Part shown: positions 32,601-42,704 of the stretch, one piece after another
How positions within the stretch are numbered: position 1 is the first letter of the stretch
Layout of the letters: every line of letters begins with the position of its first letter
Assembly: GCA_963744145.1 (NCBI GenBank)
Contig: CAVUSO010000001.1
Location: forward strand, 2,368,001-2,432,000
Reading direction: 5' to 3'
Length of the DNA stretch: 64,000 bases
DNA from: an uncultured cyanobacterium
GTDB taxonomy: Bacteria; Cyanobacteriota; Cyanobacteriia; Cyanobacteriales; CAWUOF01
The notes under the pieces: model-generated
The model's database searches: none
Told to the model about the DNA's origin: nothing
Seen by the model: only the letters and a program-made list of their open reading frames with translations
Translations under genes and position numbers: made by a program

Positions 32601-32718
32601 GCAAAAACAGCACATGGACAAAGCCCAAGCACTAAGACAAGCTATGCTTAATACTATGAAAACCCATCCTCATCCAATTGACTGGGCAGCGTTTACTTTG
32701 ATTGGTGAAGCTAATTGA
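29683..32718 (+). CDS. TPR repeat + CHAT domain protein
   Basis: 40-aa TPR units, ERGRAR, IIHLATHG, VLSACNTG, SLWSV and WAAFTLIG. Confidence 0.95.
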   Translation: MKFQKIRLTAILSFLITLSTGEFPTIINSQLKISSSLAIAQINIVQTNADKKAEADRLLKQGIEQYQNSQFQAALQSWQQALIICREIKDRSGEGNALGNLGLAYYSLGNYTKAIDYHQQHLVIAREIKDYKAEGYALGNLGNAYHYLGQHTTAIDYYKQALTIARKIKGREIEGKILLGLGLAYDSLGNYTKAIDYYQQSLVITREIKDIQTENIALERLRLAQINVDPKTKARKSEADRLWQQGRQQDKTSQFQAALQSWQQALIIYQEIKDRQSEGNTLNYLGLVYSHLDQYTKAIEYEQQSLAIAREIKDSQTEGVALDNLGNVYHSLGEYTIAIDCHKLALLIYHKIKDRQGEDHVLNNLGLTYHSLGEYTIAIDYFKQALVIARESKDRQSEGYALGNLGNAYDSLGKHHTAINYYKQTLLIARESKDRQSEETALGNLGLAYQNLGQYPTAINYHNQQLASSREIKDRQGEGISLNNLGLDYYFLGQYPTAIDYHKQGLVIARKIKYRQLENIILANLGLILYKQGNFNTAEKSLFASINISETLRSRLDDTDKISIFDTQKSPYINLQKVLVAENKTKEALEISERGRARAFVELLASRLSSSVQTNITPLNIQQIQQIASEQNSTVVEYSIIWDESIYIWVVKPTGEIVFHQLDIKSLNQQQHTSLKDFVNKSRNSIGVRGLPVRAGLTIPSNILAFLEKTDEATAKDHLRQLYQILIQPIADILPKDPNQRVIFIPHDALFLVPFPALLDANGKYLIEQHTILTAPSIQVLDLTQKQKKEIDTQSGLGKSLVVGNPTMPSVPYEPGQQPQPLPQLPGAEQEAIAIAPLLQTQPLTGNQATKSAIIQKMQESRIIHLATHGLLDDLRGLGSAIALAPDPRKPAEDQYGRANGLLTAEEILDMKLKADLIVLSACNTGRGKITGDGVIGLSRSLISAGIPSVMVSLWSVPDAPTAELMTDFYNNWQKQHMDKAQALRQAMLNTMKTHPHPIDWAAFTLIGEAN

Positions 32719-32847
32719 AGTTCAGGCTATTCTCTCTTTTGTTGGGCTTTCTTGGATGCGATCGCCAAGTTTAAAAGTTTTTTGTTTTAGATGTAAAGAA
32801 AACCACTAAAGACCTCGGCAAAATTAGCAAAAATTTAGGAGATACCC

Positions 32848-33060
32848 ATGACTAATCGCGAACAGTTAAAACTCGAAATTGACTCAATAGATGATGTCTA
32901 TATTGAAATTTTGTATCGCATCATTCTGGCGTTAAAGCAACCATTAATAAATTCTGTACCACTTCCAAATTTTAGTGAAGTCAATCCCTTAAAAGGTAGT
33001 ATCATATTTGAGCATGACTTAATTTCACCTATTGATGTCTCATGGGATGCTGAACAATGA
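32848..33060 (+). CDS. Putative VapB-type antitoxin
   Basis: 70 aa ending PLKGS...DLISPID..W; its stop overlaps (ATGA) a PIN-toxin start. Confidence 0.7.
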   Translation: MTNREQLKLEIDSIDDVYIEILYRIILALKQPLINSVPLPNFSEVNPLKGSIIFEHDLISPIDVSWDAEQ

Positions 33061-33140
33061 TTATTTTAGATACTCATACTTGGATCTGGTGGACAAATGA
33101 ATCTATCAATCTATCTGCAAAAGCACAGGTAATTTGGTAA
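33057..33140 (+). pseudogene. Truncated VapC/PIN toxin
   Basis: MIILDTHTWIWWTNESINLSAKAQVIW* is a PIN N-terminus cut after 27 codons by a CHAT fragment. Confidence 0.8.
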
Positions 33141-33142
33141 AT

Positions 33143-33262
33143 ATAGATGATTAGATGATTTGCGCGAATTAGGGAATGTGATCACTCTAATTCCTGAGTG
33201 CCTGCGATACTGGACTGGGCAAAATTACTGGGGATGGGGTGATTAGATTATCGCGATCACTA
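33143..33262 (+). pseudogene. Degenerate, internally deleted CHAT-domain fragment
   Basis: Similar to 32287-32340 joined to 32442-32510 of the upstream CHAT gene. Confidence 0.75.
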
Positions 33263-33323
33263 GCATTAACTAAACGTTTTAACTATAATAAAGGTCGGTC
33301 GATTCAACTTTGTCATTAAATTA

Positions 33324-34471
33324 TACCAATTCTTGCAACTTTGACTACAGATAGTGTAGAGTATAATTTGAGTAGAGTTGAAGGAAAAATATGGCAGGAG
33401 TTTATCACCTAGACATTAAGGAAAGTGAAGCCGAGCTGAAGAAATTGCTCGCAGTGGAAAAAACTGGTCCAGGAAAAGAACGATTACAAGCATTATATCT
33501 ACTCAAGATAAACAAAGCTAAAACAGTCACAGAAGTTGCTGAAATCTTGGGCAGAAATCGAGTTACCGTTCAAGATTGGTTAGCCAAATACCGTCAAGGA
33601 GGATTGGCCAAATATCTGGGGAAAAAAGTGGGTACAGGCCGACCGAGAAAAATTCCTGACTGGGCGGTAAAAAGTTTAGAAAAACGACTAAATGAAGAGG
33701 AAGGATTTAATAGTTATGGGGAAATTTGTCAATGGCTATCATCCACCCTTGGGATAGAAGCTAAATATAAAACCGTTCATCAATTAGTGCATTATAAACT
33801 AAAAGCCTCACCAAAAATCGCCAGGCCGAAAAGTACAGAACAGTCAAAAAAAAAGTTAGATAATTTTAGAAATCACTTGGCGGAGGACTTAGCTATGCTG
33901 AGTTGGTTTGCCATAACAGTAATGAGTTTAGGAGATAAAGTCAGATTTTTATGTCAAGATGAAACACGGATCGGCATGAAAACGATTAGTGGGAGAAAAA
34001 TTACCATTCGTGGGGTAAAACCAATTGGTAAAGTGCAATGGAAATTTCAAGCGACTTATATTTATGGCGTAGTAGAGCCAAAGACAGGGGAACATTTCTT
34101 TTACGAGTTTACTCATCTCAATAGTCAATGCTTTCAGATATTTTTAGACTTAGTAGCCGCGCATTTTTCGGATAGTATTTTGATCATTCAGTTAGACAAT
34201 GGTGGTTTTCATAAAGCTAAAAAGTTGGTAATTCCTAAAAACGTTATTTTAATGTTTCAACCATCCCATTGTCCTGAATCAAATCCAATCGAACAGGTAT
34301 GGCAGTATCTCAAAAAGGGATTGAGATGGGAATTACCAAGAAACTTAGATGAATTAAGACTTTTAATTAGTAAAGAACTAGAAAAGATGAATTCAAAAGT
34401 AATTGCCTCAATTACGGGACGAGCCTATATATTAGAGGCACTATCTGTAGTCGGCATTTAGAGAATTGGTA
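33324..34471 (+). mobile_element. IS630 family insertion sequence
   Basis: Terminal inverted repeats TACCAATTC...GACTACAGATAG / CTATCTGTAGTC...GAATTGGTA, flanked by TTA on both sides. Confidence 0.92.
33391..34461 (+). CDS. IS630 family transposase (single ORF, DDE intact)
   Basis: HTH N-terminus, QDETR, QLDNG.FH and P.SNPIEQVW. Confidence 0.95.
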   Translation: MAGVYHLDIKESEAELKKLLAVEKTGPGKERLQALYLLKINKAKTVTEVAEILGRNRVTVQDWLAKYRQGGLAKYLGKKVGTGRPRKIPDWAVKSLEKRLNEEEGFNSYGEICQWLSSTLGIEAKYKTVHQLVHYKLKASPKIARPKSTEQSKKKLDNFRNHLAEDLAMLSWFAITVMSLGDKVRFLCQDETRIGMKTISGRKITIRGVKPIGKVQWKFQATYIYGVVEPKTGEHFFYEFTHLNSQCFQIFLDLVAAHFSDSILIIQLDNGGFHKAKKLVIPKNVILMFQPSHCPESNPIEQVWQYLKKGLRWELPRNLDELRLLISKELEKMNSKVIASITGRAYILEALSVVGI

Positions 34472-34474
34472 TTA

Positions 34475-34522
34475 CTTGTATTTAACGCCAATAAACAGGA
34501 GATTATTTTATGCAAAGATTAA
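34475..34522 (+). pseudogene. xisH: XisH C-terminal remnant
   Basis: Removing the IS restores IKL-LVFNANKQEIILCKD*, overlapping the xisI start as in xisH-xisI pairs. Confidence 0.6.
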
Positions 34523-34839
34523 ATTATTGCGAACTGGTGCAAAAAATCCTTAAATTGCACTTGGCTAATCTTAAAGATGACGAGACTGAAGTGCAGTTAA
34601 TTATCGATCTAGAACGCAATCATTACTTATTAATGCTTGTAGGTTGGCATGAACAAAGACGAGAATATGGGAGCCTGATTCATATTGATATTAAAGATGA
34701 AAAAATTTGGATTCAAAGTGATGGAACAGAAGTAGGAGTAGCCAATGAATTGGTGGAAGCTGGAGTGCCACAGCAGGATATAGTTTTAGGTTTTAAGTCT
34801 CCCTTTAAGCGGCAATTTACCGAATATGCTGTTTGCTAA
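34510..34839 (+). CDS. xisI: XisI family protein
   Basis: HY.L..VGW, IHIDIKD.KIWIQ.DGTE.GVA.ELV.AGVP..DIVLGF. Confidence 0.95.
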   Translation: MQRLNYCELVQKILKLHLANLKDDETEVQLIIDLERNHYLLMLVGWHEQRREYGSLIHIDIKDEKIWIQSDGTEVGVANELVEAGVPQQDIVLGFKSPFKRQFTEYAVC

Positions 34840-34845
34840 CTGCAA

Positions 34846-35150
34846 TTGGATTGTTGCGATCGCTAATATCCGCAGAAATACCAAGTGTAGTTTAGGCTAT
34901 TCTCTCTTTGTTTGGGTTTTTTTGGAGGCGATGCGATCGCTTACTGATCACCGTTTTTTACATACAAAAGTGCATAGGCAAATACCATCGTATCAATCAC
35001 CATTAGGGTCTACCTTGCGATTTCCAAGTCTGCACCTAACTTTCTGATTCTATCGGTAACGCTTGGGCTTTGTACCTCCTTTGCTAGTGCTAGCCAAGTA
35101 GCGAATCATAAAAAACTCGGGTTTGTGGGAAATTGGATTGTCGCGATCGC
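34846..35150 (-). pseudogene. Deleted copy of the 43293-43970 FitA/VapC locus bracketed by CHAT fragments
   Basis: Blocks near-identical to 43246-43335, 43633-43772 and 43930-43966. The first deletion joins two HIP1 sites. Confidence 0.85.
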
Positions 35151-35245
35151 GCATCTGTCCAGAGGAAAACTATCAACCAGATATGATCATTGATATCTCC
35201 TCTGGTGAGAAACATTTGTTTTTTGGTAGATGAGAGATTCTTACC

Positions 35246-36229
35246 CTAGGATTGGTTTGGATTTTCTTCAGTTGGTGGTTGTGGTTGAAATCTGGCGATT
35301 AATTCCTCTCGATTGAGTTGCAATATGAGCCGCGTAAATTCGGCGGTGGGTAAGGCTAATAATTGGTCAATAATGGCTGTAAGTTCTGGCTCTAATTCAC
35401 CAAATCGGTAACGAAGTAAATCAGCAATGATGCGATAACCTCCTTGCTGAATCCCTTGCTGAATCCCTTGCTGAATCCCTTGCTGAATCCCTTGCTGAAT
35501 CCCTTGTTGAATCCCTTGTTGAATCCCTTCTTGTTTTACTTCAGCCAGTTTTTCCTGAAACAGTGGTTTTAAGCCCATAATTAACTCCCGGTCTTCTGGT
35601 TCTATTTCTTGGTTATTTTGCAGCCTTTCTTGCAATTGATAAAACAATTCTAGCGCAATTAAGCGCAAAGAATTATCTGGCGCTAGTTCGCGTAGTTCTG
35701 CCAGTGCTTGTGCTTGAACTTTGTCCCGACCTAAAATTCTTAACCACAAGGTTTCTGGGGTGCGGGGTAGTTGATGAATCACGATGATCCCTGTCCGCAG
35801 TTTTTTGGCTAAAAAATAAATCCCTGAAACCCAATCGGCTTTTAATTTACCGCCAAAACCCTCTAGAATTCGGGCTGATGCGGTGGGGGTGAGTATCCAC
35901 AGTTTGGGTAAATCCGACTCTTTTAGTTGGGAATTGTGGCGATTCGCTTCTCGTTGATATTCACCTCTGACTTCGAGGAGTTTAAGCAGACAGTCGCAAA
36001 TTTCACTAGATTTTACAGGATTACGATAGGGTTCGATGATGGCAGTGCTGTGGGTAATTCGAGCTAATAGTCCCTGTTGATTCCGATCCGGGGGTTGGTG
36101 CGGGACAAACCACACATCGATTTGACGCATTTCTCCTGCGACTCGACGTGGTGCTTGGATTTCACCATAAGGTGATAATAGTTCCTCTAGATATTCTTTG
36201 GCAAATTGATCGTGGATAAATCTCGTCAT
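35246..36229 (-). CDS. Rpn-like (PD-(D/E)XK) protein with GIQQ repeats and DUF4351-like C-terminus
   Basis: HDQFAK..L, IDVWF, EP.RN, LP.LWIL, T.WLR.LG, (GIQQ)7 and L..RFG.L. Confidence 0.8.
   Translation of the reverse strand: MTRFIHDQFAKEYLEELLSPYGEIQAPRRVAGEMRQIDVWFVPHQPPDRNQQGLLARITHSTAIIEPYRNPVKSSEICDCLLKLLEVRGEYQREANRHNSQLKESDLPKLWILTPTASARILEGFGGKLKADWVSGIYFLAKKLRTGIIVIHQLPRTPETLWLRILGRDKVQAQALAELRELAPDNSLRLIALELFYQLQERLQNNQEIEPEDRELIMGLKPLFQEKLAEVKQEGIQQGIQQGIQQGIQQGIQQGIQQGIQQGGYRIIADLLRYRFGELEPELTAIIDQLLALPTAEFTRLILQLNREELIARFQPQPPTEENPNQS
35442..35528. repeat. 12-bp coding tandem repeat x7
   Basis: (ccttgytgaatc)7 encoding GIQQ. Confidence 0.95.
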
Positions 36230-36339
36230 TATTGTGACATGAATCTGAACAAATTGAAAATGCCGAAGCTTTTTTTTAAATAGCTTTCATTGTGAGCTAG
36301 CTAAATTGCTTTGGCTTGCTCTGATTCTAGCATTATCAC

Positions 36340-36500
36340 GCGATCGCCAAACTTAGCCGCTAGTTTCCCATCATCTAATTACCCGGTTTTAATACAGCGA
36401 TCGCCACTGATCACCGTTCTCTAAGTGCAAAAGTTTTCTGCCAAGAGTTTAATGCGATTGAGTAACTTATGGAATATATTATGTATGGTAATTGTTGCCA
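36340..36500 (-). pseudogene. Third, more decayed remnant of the FitA/VapC locus
   Basis: Segments resemble 43328-43360, 43633-43670 and 43862-43925. Confidence 0.65.
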
Positions 36501-36575
36501 AGCTAACAGTTACCTCTCTAATAGTAATTTATTGGCATCAGATGCAGGTTGGATCTACAAGGAGCTTTCGAGATT

Positions 36576-39500
36576 ATGAGTCGCCATGATAAGCTGATTG
36601 CCCTGAGTTCTCTATTGCTGGCTATTGCGGGCGGCTTTATTATTGTTCTTTCTGATTATCCACTCCTCACTGTTGCTGTTCTGGCACAAACAACAGATGC
36701 TAAAAAAGTGGAAGCTGATCGTCTCTTGAAACAAGGAAACGAGCAGATCAAGGTTAACCAACTAGAAACTGCATTGAAAACATTGCAGCAAGCACTAGCA
36801 ATCTATCAGGAACTGAAAGACAGATCAGGGGAAGGGCAAACTCTGAAAAGCTTAGGAAATATTTTCTATGTTCAGAATAACTATGAGAAAGCGATCGCTT
36901 ATCAACAAGAAGCTTTAGCCATTGCTCAAGAGATTAAAGATCGTGATTTGGAAGGTAGAACACTGCTGAATTTGGGAAATATTAAAGTTGCCCAGAAAGA
37001 CTTCACTAAAGCGATTGAGTTTTATCAACAAAGCTTACGAATAGCACAAGAATTAAAGGTTAAAGACTTTGAATTGGAAAGCAAAGTATTATTCAGTTTA
37101 GGTAATGTTTTCTATGCCCAGAATAACTATGCTAAAGCGATTGAGTACGAACAGCAGTTGTTGGCGATCGCACGGGAAATAAAAGACCGTAAAATTGAGG
37201 CTAACACTTTGTTAAATCTGGGACTTGCTTACCATAATCTTAGTGACTATCCCAAAGCAATTGATTATGCACAACAAAGCTTGACAATCGCCAGCGAAAT
37301 AAAAGACCATCAAATTGAGGGTTGGGATCTTAACAATCTTGGATGGGCTTACCAATCTCTCGGTGACTATGCTAAAGCAATTAATTACTATCAACAAAGT
37401 TTGGCGATCGCACAGGAAATAAAAGACCATCAAATGGAGTTTAAAGTTCTAGCCAACCTCGGAAATTCTTACAAGGCTCTCGACCAATATACCAAAGTGA
37501 TTGATTACTATCAGCAGGTATTGGCGATCGCACGGGAAATAAAAGACCGCCAAGGCGAGGGTCAAGCTCTACTCGAGCTGAGGAAACGCTTATAATCATC
37601 TCGGTCAATACACCAAAGCGATAGAGTACACACAACAAAGTCTGACAATTGCACGCGAAATTAACGACCGTCACAGTTATGGTTGGGATCTTAACAATCT
37701 CGGAGTTGCTTACCAGTCTCTCGGGGACTCTGCTAAAGCAATTAATTACTATCAACAAAGTTTGGCGATCGCACAGGAAATAAAAGACCGTCAAATGGAG
37801 TTTAAAGTTCTAGCCAATCTGGGAAATACTTACAGCAATCTCGGTCAATACGCCAAGGAGATAGAGTACGAACAGCAGTTGTTGGCGATCGCCCGTGAAA
37901 TTAAAGACCGTCGAACTGAAGATATTGCTCTAGGCAATCTGGGATCTGCTTACTTTTCTCTCGATCAATATGACAAATCGATTGAGTATGAACAGCAAGA
38001 CTTAGCGATCGCAAAGGAAATTAAAGACCGTAATAGAGAAGGTATAGCTCTGGGCACGCTGGGTCTTGCTTACCTAGCTCTTGGCCAATATGACAAATCT
38101 ATTGACTATGAACAACAGTTGTTAGCGATCGCACGGGAAATCAAAAACCGCCAAACTGAGGGTATAGCTCTAGGTAATCTGGGACTTGCTTACCAGGATC
38201 TTGGCCAATACACAAAAGCGATAGAGTACCATCAGCAAGATTTAGCGATTGCCCGCGAAATTAAAAACCGTAATAGAGAAGGTTTAGCTCTGGGCAATCT
38301 GGGACTTGCTTACCAAAATCTCGGTCAATATACCAAAGCGATAGATTACTATCAGCAAGATCTTAGCGATCGTTCGCGAAATTAAAGATCATCAAACTGA
38401 GGGTAATGTTCTGAACAATCTGGGAATTGCTTACTATCATCTCGACCAATACACCACAGCAATTGATTACTATAAACAGGTATTAGCAATCTCCCGGGAA
38501 ATTAAAAACCGTCAAGGTGAGGGTAATGCTCTGAACAATCTGGGAAGTGCTTATAATTCTCTTGGCCAATACATCATGGCTATTGATTACGATAAACAGG
38601 CATTGGCGATCTCCCGGGAAATTAAAAATCGTGAAGGTGAGGGTAAAGTTTTGGGCAATCTGGGAAGTGCTTACGAGTCTCTTGGCCAATACACCACAGC
38701 TATTGATTACGATAAACAGGCATTAGCGATCGCCCGGGAAATTAAAGACCGTCAAACTGAGGGTAATGCTCTGAACAATATAGGAAATGCTTACAATTCT
38801 CTTGGCCAATATACCACGGCTATTGATTACCATCAACAGGCATTAGCGATCTTTCGCGAAATTAAAGACCGTCAAACTGAGGGTGGTGCTCTGAACAATC
38901 TGGGAAATGCTTACGAGTCTCTTGGCCAATACACCACAGCCATTGATTACCATAAACAGGCATTAGTGATCGCCCGGGAAATTAAAGACCGTCAAACTGA
39001 GGGTAAAGTTTTGGGCAATCTGGGAAATGCTTACGAGTCTCTTGGCCAATACATCACAGCCATTGATTATCATAAACAGGCATTAGTGATCGCCCGGGAA
39101 ATTAAAGACCGTCAAACTGAGGGTAAAGTTTTGGGTAATCTGGGCAATATTTATCATTCTCTTAGCCAATACACCACAGCCATTGATTACCATCAACAGG
39201 CATTGGTGATCGCTCGCGAAATTAAAAACCGTCAAACTGAGGGTGGTGATCTGAACAATCTGGGAAATGCTTACGAGTTTCTTGGCCAATACACTATAGC
39301 AATTGATTACCATAAACAGGCATTAGCGATCGCCCGCGAAATTAAAGACCGTCAAAGTGAGGGTAATGCTCTGGACAATCTAGGAACTTCTTACAATTCT
39401 CTTGGCCAATACACCACAGCAATTGATTACCATAAACAGGCATTGGCGATCTCTCAGGAAATTAAAGACCGTCATGGTGAGGGTCTTACTCTGAAAAATT

Positions 39501-42319
39501 TGGGAAGTGCTTACGAGTATCTTGGCCAATACACTACAGCAATTGATTACTATAAACAGGCATTAGTGCTCGCAAGGGAAATTAAAGACCGTCAAACTGA
39601 GGGTCATGCTCTAGGCAATCTAGGAATTGCTTACTTTTCTCTCGGCCAGTACACCACAGCAATTGATTACCATCAACAGGCGTTAGTGCTCGCAAGGGAA
39701 ATTAAAGACCGTTATGGTGAGGGTCTTGCTCTAGGCAATCTAGGAAGTGATTACAATGCTTTTGGCCAATACACCACAGCAATTGATTATCATAAACAGG
39801 CATTAGCGATCGCCCGTGAAATTAAAGACCGTAAAAATGAGGGTGCTGCTCTAGGCGATCTGGGACTTGCTTACCAGAATCTCGGTCAATATTACAAATC
39901 TATTGACTATGAACAGCAGTTATTAGTGATCGCCCGCGAAATTAAAGACCGTAAAAATGAGGGTGCTGCTCTGGGCAATCTGGGAATTGCTTACAGATAT
40001 CTCGGCCAATATGACAAATCTATTGACTATGAACAGCAGTTATTAGTGATTGCCCGGGAAATTAAAGACCGTCAAAGTGAGGGTAATGCTCTGGGTAATC
40101 TGGGAACTGCTTATGATGCTCTTGGCCAATGCACCACAGCCATTGATTACTACAAACAGGCATTAGCGATCACCCACGAAATTAAAGATTATCAAGGTGT
40201 AGGTAGTGTTCTGAGTAATCTGGGAACTGCTTACAGAACTCTTGGCCAATACACTACAGCTATTGATTACCATCAACAGGCATTAGCGATCGCCCGCGAA
40301 ATTAAAGACCGTAAAAATGAGGAAGTTGCTCTGGAGAATCTGGGAGATACTTACGAGGTTCTTGGCCAATACACTACAGCTATTGATTACCATCAACAGG
40401 CATTAGCGATCGCCCACGAAATTAAAGACCGTCGAGCTGAGGGTACTGCTCTGAACAGTCTAGGAAGTGATTATGGTTTTCTTGGCCAATACAGCACAGC
40501 AATTGATTACTATGAAAAGGGATTAGCGATCGCTCATGAAATTAAAAACCGTTACGGTGAGGGAATTTCTCTAGACAATCTGGGAGCTGTTTACGATGTT
40601 CTTGGGCAATACACCACAGCCATTGATTACCATAAACAGGCATTAGCGATCGCCCGCGAAATTAAAGACCGTCAATTTGTGGGTAATGCTCTGGACAATC
40701 TGGGAACTGTTTACGATGATCTTGGGCAATACACCACAGCCATTGATTACCATAAACAGGCATTAGCGATCGCCCGCGAAATTAAAGACCGTAAAAATGA
40801 GGGGACTGCTCTAGGCAATCTGGGATTTCCTCTCTACAAACAAGGTAATTTTACTGCTGCTGAAACACCATTATTTGCTAGTATCAATACTTTAGAAACA
40901 CTAAGAAATGGATTAAATGATAATAATAAAATATCAATATTTGAGACACAAACTGAGCCATATAGCACCTTACAAAAAGTTCTAATTGCCCAGAATAAAA
41001 CCGAATCGGCTCTGGAAATTGCCGAAAGAGGACGTGCTCGTGCCTTAGTAGAATTGTTAACTAAACGGCTATCTAACAACTCAAGTGTCGAATCTGTAAC
41101 TCCTCCACCCGCGATCGCGCAAATCAAACAAATTGCTCAAGCTGAAAATGCTACTTTAGTTCAGTATTCGTTAATTAAAGATGATGTCAAAACCGAAGGA
41201 AAATATCAATATTCAAATCTATATATCTGGGTAGTTCAACCCACAGGTGAAGTCATCTTTCGCCAAGCAGACCTCAAGTCTCTAGGACAGCAACAGCATC
41301 TTTCCTTAGAAGATTTCGTTACCAAAAGCCGTAACTCTATTGGAGTGAGAGGATTACCCGTTCGTGCAGGTCTAACCATCCCGTCTAATATCCTAGCATT
41401 CCTAGAAAAAACCGATGAAGCTACCGCTAAAGATCATCTTCGACAACTCTATCAAATTCTCATCCAGCCGATCGTGGACTTTCTACCAAAAGACCCTAAT
41501 CAGCGAGTTATCTTCATTCCCCAGGATGCCCTCTTTTTAGTCCCTTTCCCCGCATTACAAGATGCCAATGGTAAATACTTAATCGAACAACACACAATTT
41601 TAACAGCTCCTTCGATTCAGGTTTTAGACTTAACACAGAAACAAAAGAAAGAAATAGATACTCAATCAGAAATAGGAAAATCTCTGGTAGTTGGTAATCC
41701 CACCATGCCTAGTGTGCCCTACGAACCTGGAGAACAACCACAGCCACTCCCACAATTACCAGGTGCCGAACAAGAAGCGATCGCGATCGCCAATCTCCTG
41801 CAAACTCAAGCTCTGACGGTCAATCAAGCCACCAAATCAGCGATCGTCCAGAAAATGCAAGAATCACGAATCATTCACTTAGCTACACATGGATTATTGG
41901 ATGATTTGCGCGGATTAGGAAGTGCGATCGCTCTAGCTCCTGATCCTGGAAAACCAGCGGAAGATCAATATGGACGAGCTAACGGTTTACTCACTGCGGA
42001 AGAAATTTTGGACATGAAACTAAAAGCAGATCTAATTGTGTTGAGTGCCTGTAATACCGGACGGGGTAAAATTACTGGTGATGGAGTGATTGGATTATCG
42101 CGATCGCTAATATCCGCAGGAATACCAAGTGTAATGGTTTCCCTGTGGTCAGTTCCCGATGCACCAACTGCGGAATTAATGACGGATTTTTACAATAACT
42201 GGCAAAAACAACATCTGGACAAAGCCCAAGCACTAAGACAAGCTATGCTTAATACTATGAAAACCCATCCTCATCCAATTGACTGGGCTGCGTTTACTTT
42301 GATCGGTGAAGCTAATTGA
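36576..42319 (+). pseudogene. Giant TPR-CHAT protein (about 1913 aa if repaired) split by two +1 frameshifts, or assembly errors
   Basis: ORFs 36549-37595, 37762-38385 and 38576-42319 form one continuous 120-bp TPR array with single extra bases near 37581 and 38361. CHAT His (HLATHG) and Cys (LSAC) are intact. Confidence 0.88.
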
Positions 42320-42455
42320 AGTTCAGGCTATTCTCTCTTTTTTTGGGCTTTCTTGGATGCGATCGCCAAGTTTAAAGTTTTTTTGCTTTGGATGTGCAGA
42401 AAACCATTAATCACCTCGGTAAAATTAGATACAACTCATTAATTTTCCCACTAAT

Positions 42456-42704
42456 ATGCAAGCTATTGAATTTAAAACCACCATCCATAATGGCATTGTC
42501 ACCATTCCCCCCCAGTACAGTCCTGCATGGGAAGGCAAAATTATTCGTGTCATAGTCTTAGAAGAAGACAATACTGAAAATATACCTAGATTGCCACAAA
42601 ATAATGACTCTTTATTCTCACGCCTGAGAGAAATTAAAATTTCTGCCCCTGCTGATTTTTCTGAAAACATTGATGCTTACCTAAATGGGGAGAAAAATGT
42701 CTAA
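42456..42704 (+). CDS. Putative antitoxin
   Basis: MQAIEF.T.I.NG.V.IP swapped-hairpin-like N-terminus; P.DFSENID.YL tail; overlaps the PIN gene. Confidence 0.75.
   Translation: MQAIEFKTTIHNGIVTIPPQYSPAWEGKIIRVIVLEEDNTENIPRLPQNNDSLFSRLREIKISAPADFSENIDAYLNGEKNV

Noticed and set aside
33840..33860. A9 run as a programmed frameshift site in the IS630 transposase
   Set aside because: The transposase is already a single continuous 356-aa ORF with HTH and DDE in frame.
34826..35047. 73-aa ORF, and similar ORFs at 43496-43720 and 43974-44156
   Set aside because: These are read-throughs of CHAT fragments and antisense vapC DNA, not independent genes.
38400..40830. Regular 120-bp repeats as a CRISPR array or DGR
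   Set aside because: They are in-frame TPR coding repeats with no unique spacers. There are no cas or reverse transcriptase genes and no template/variable repeat pair.
29683..42319. Craspase (type III-E) or gasdermin-linked TPR-CHAT system
   Set aside because: No Cas7-11, Csx30/31 or recognisable gasdermin ORF is in the window, and these proteins have export-like N-termini.
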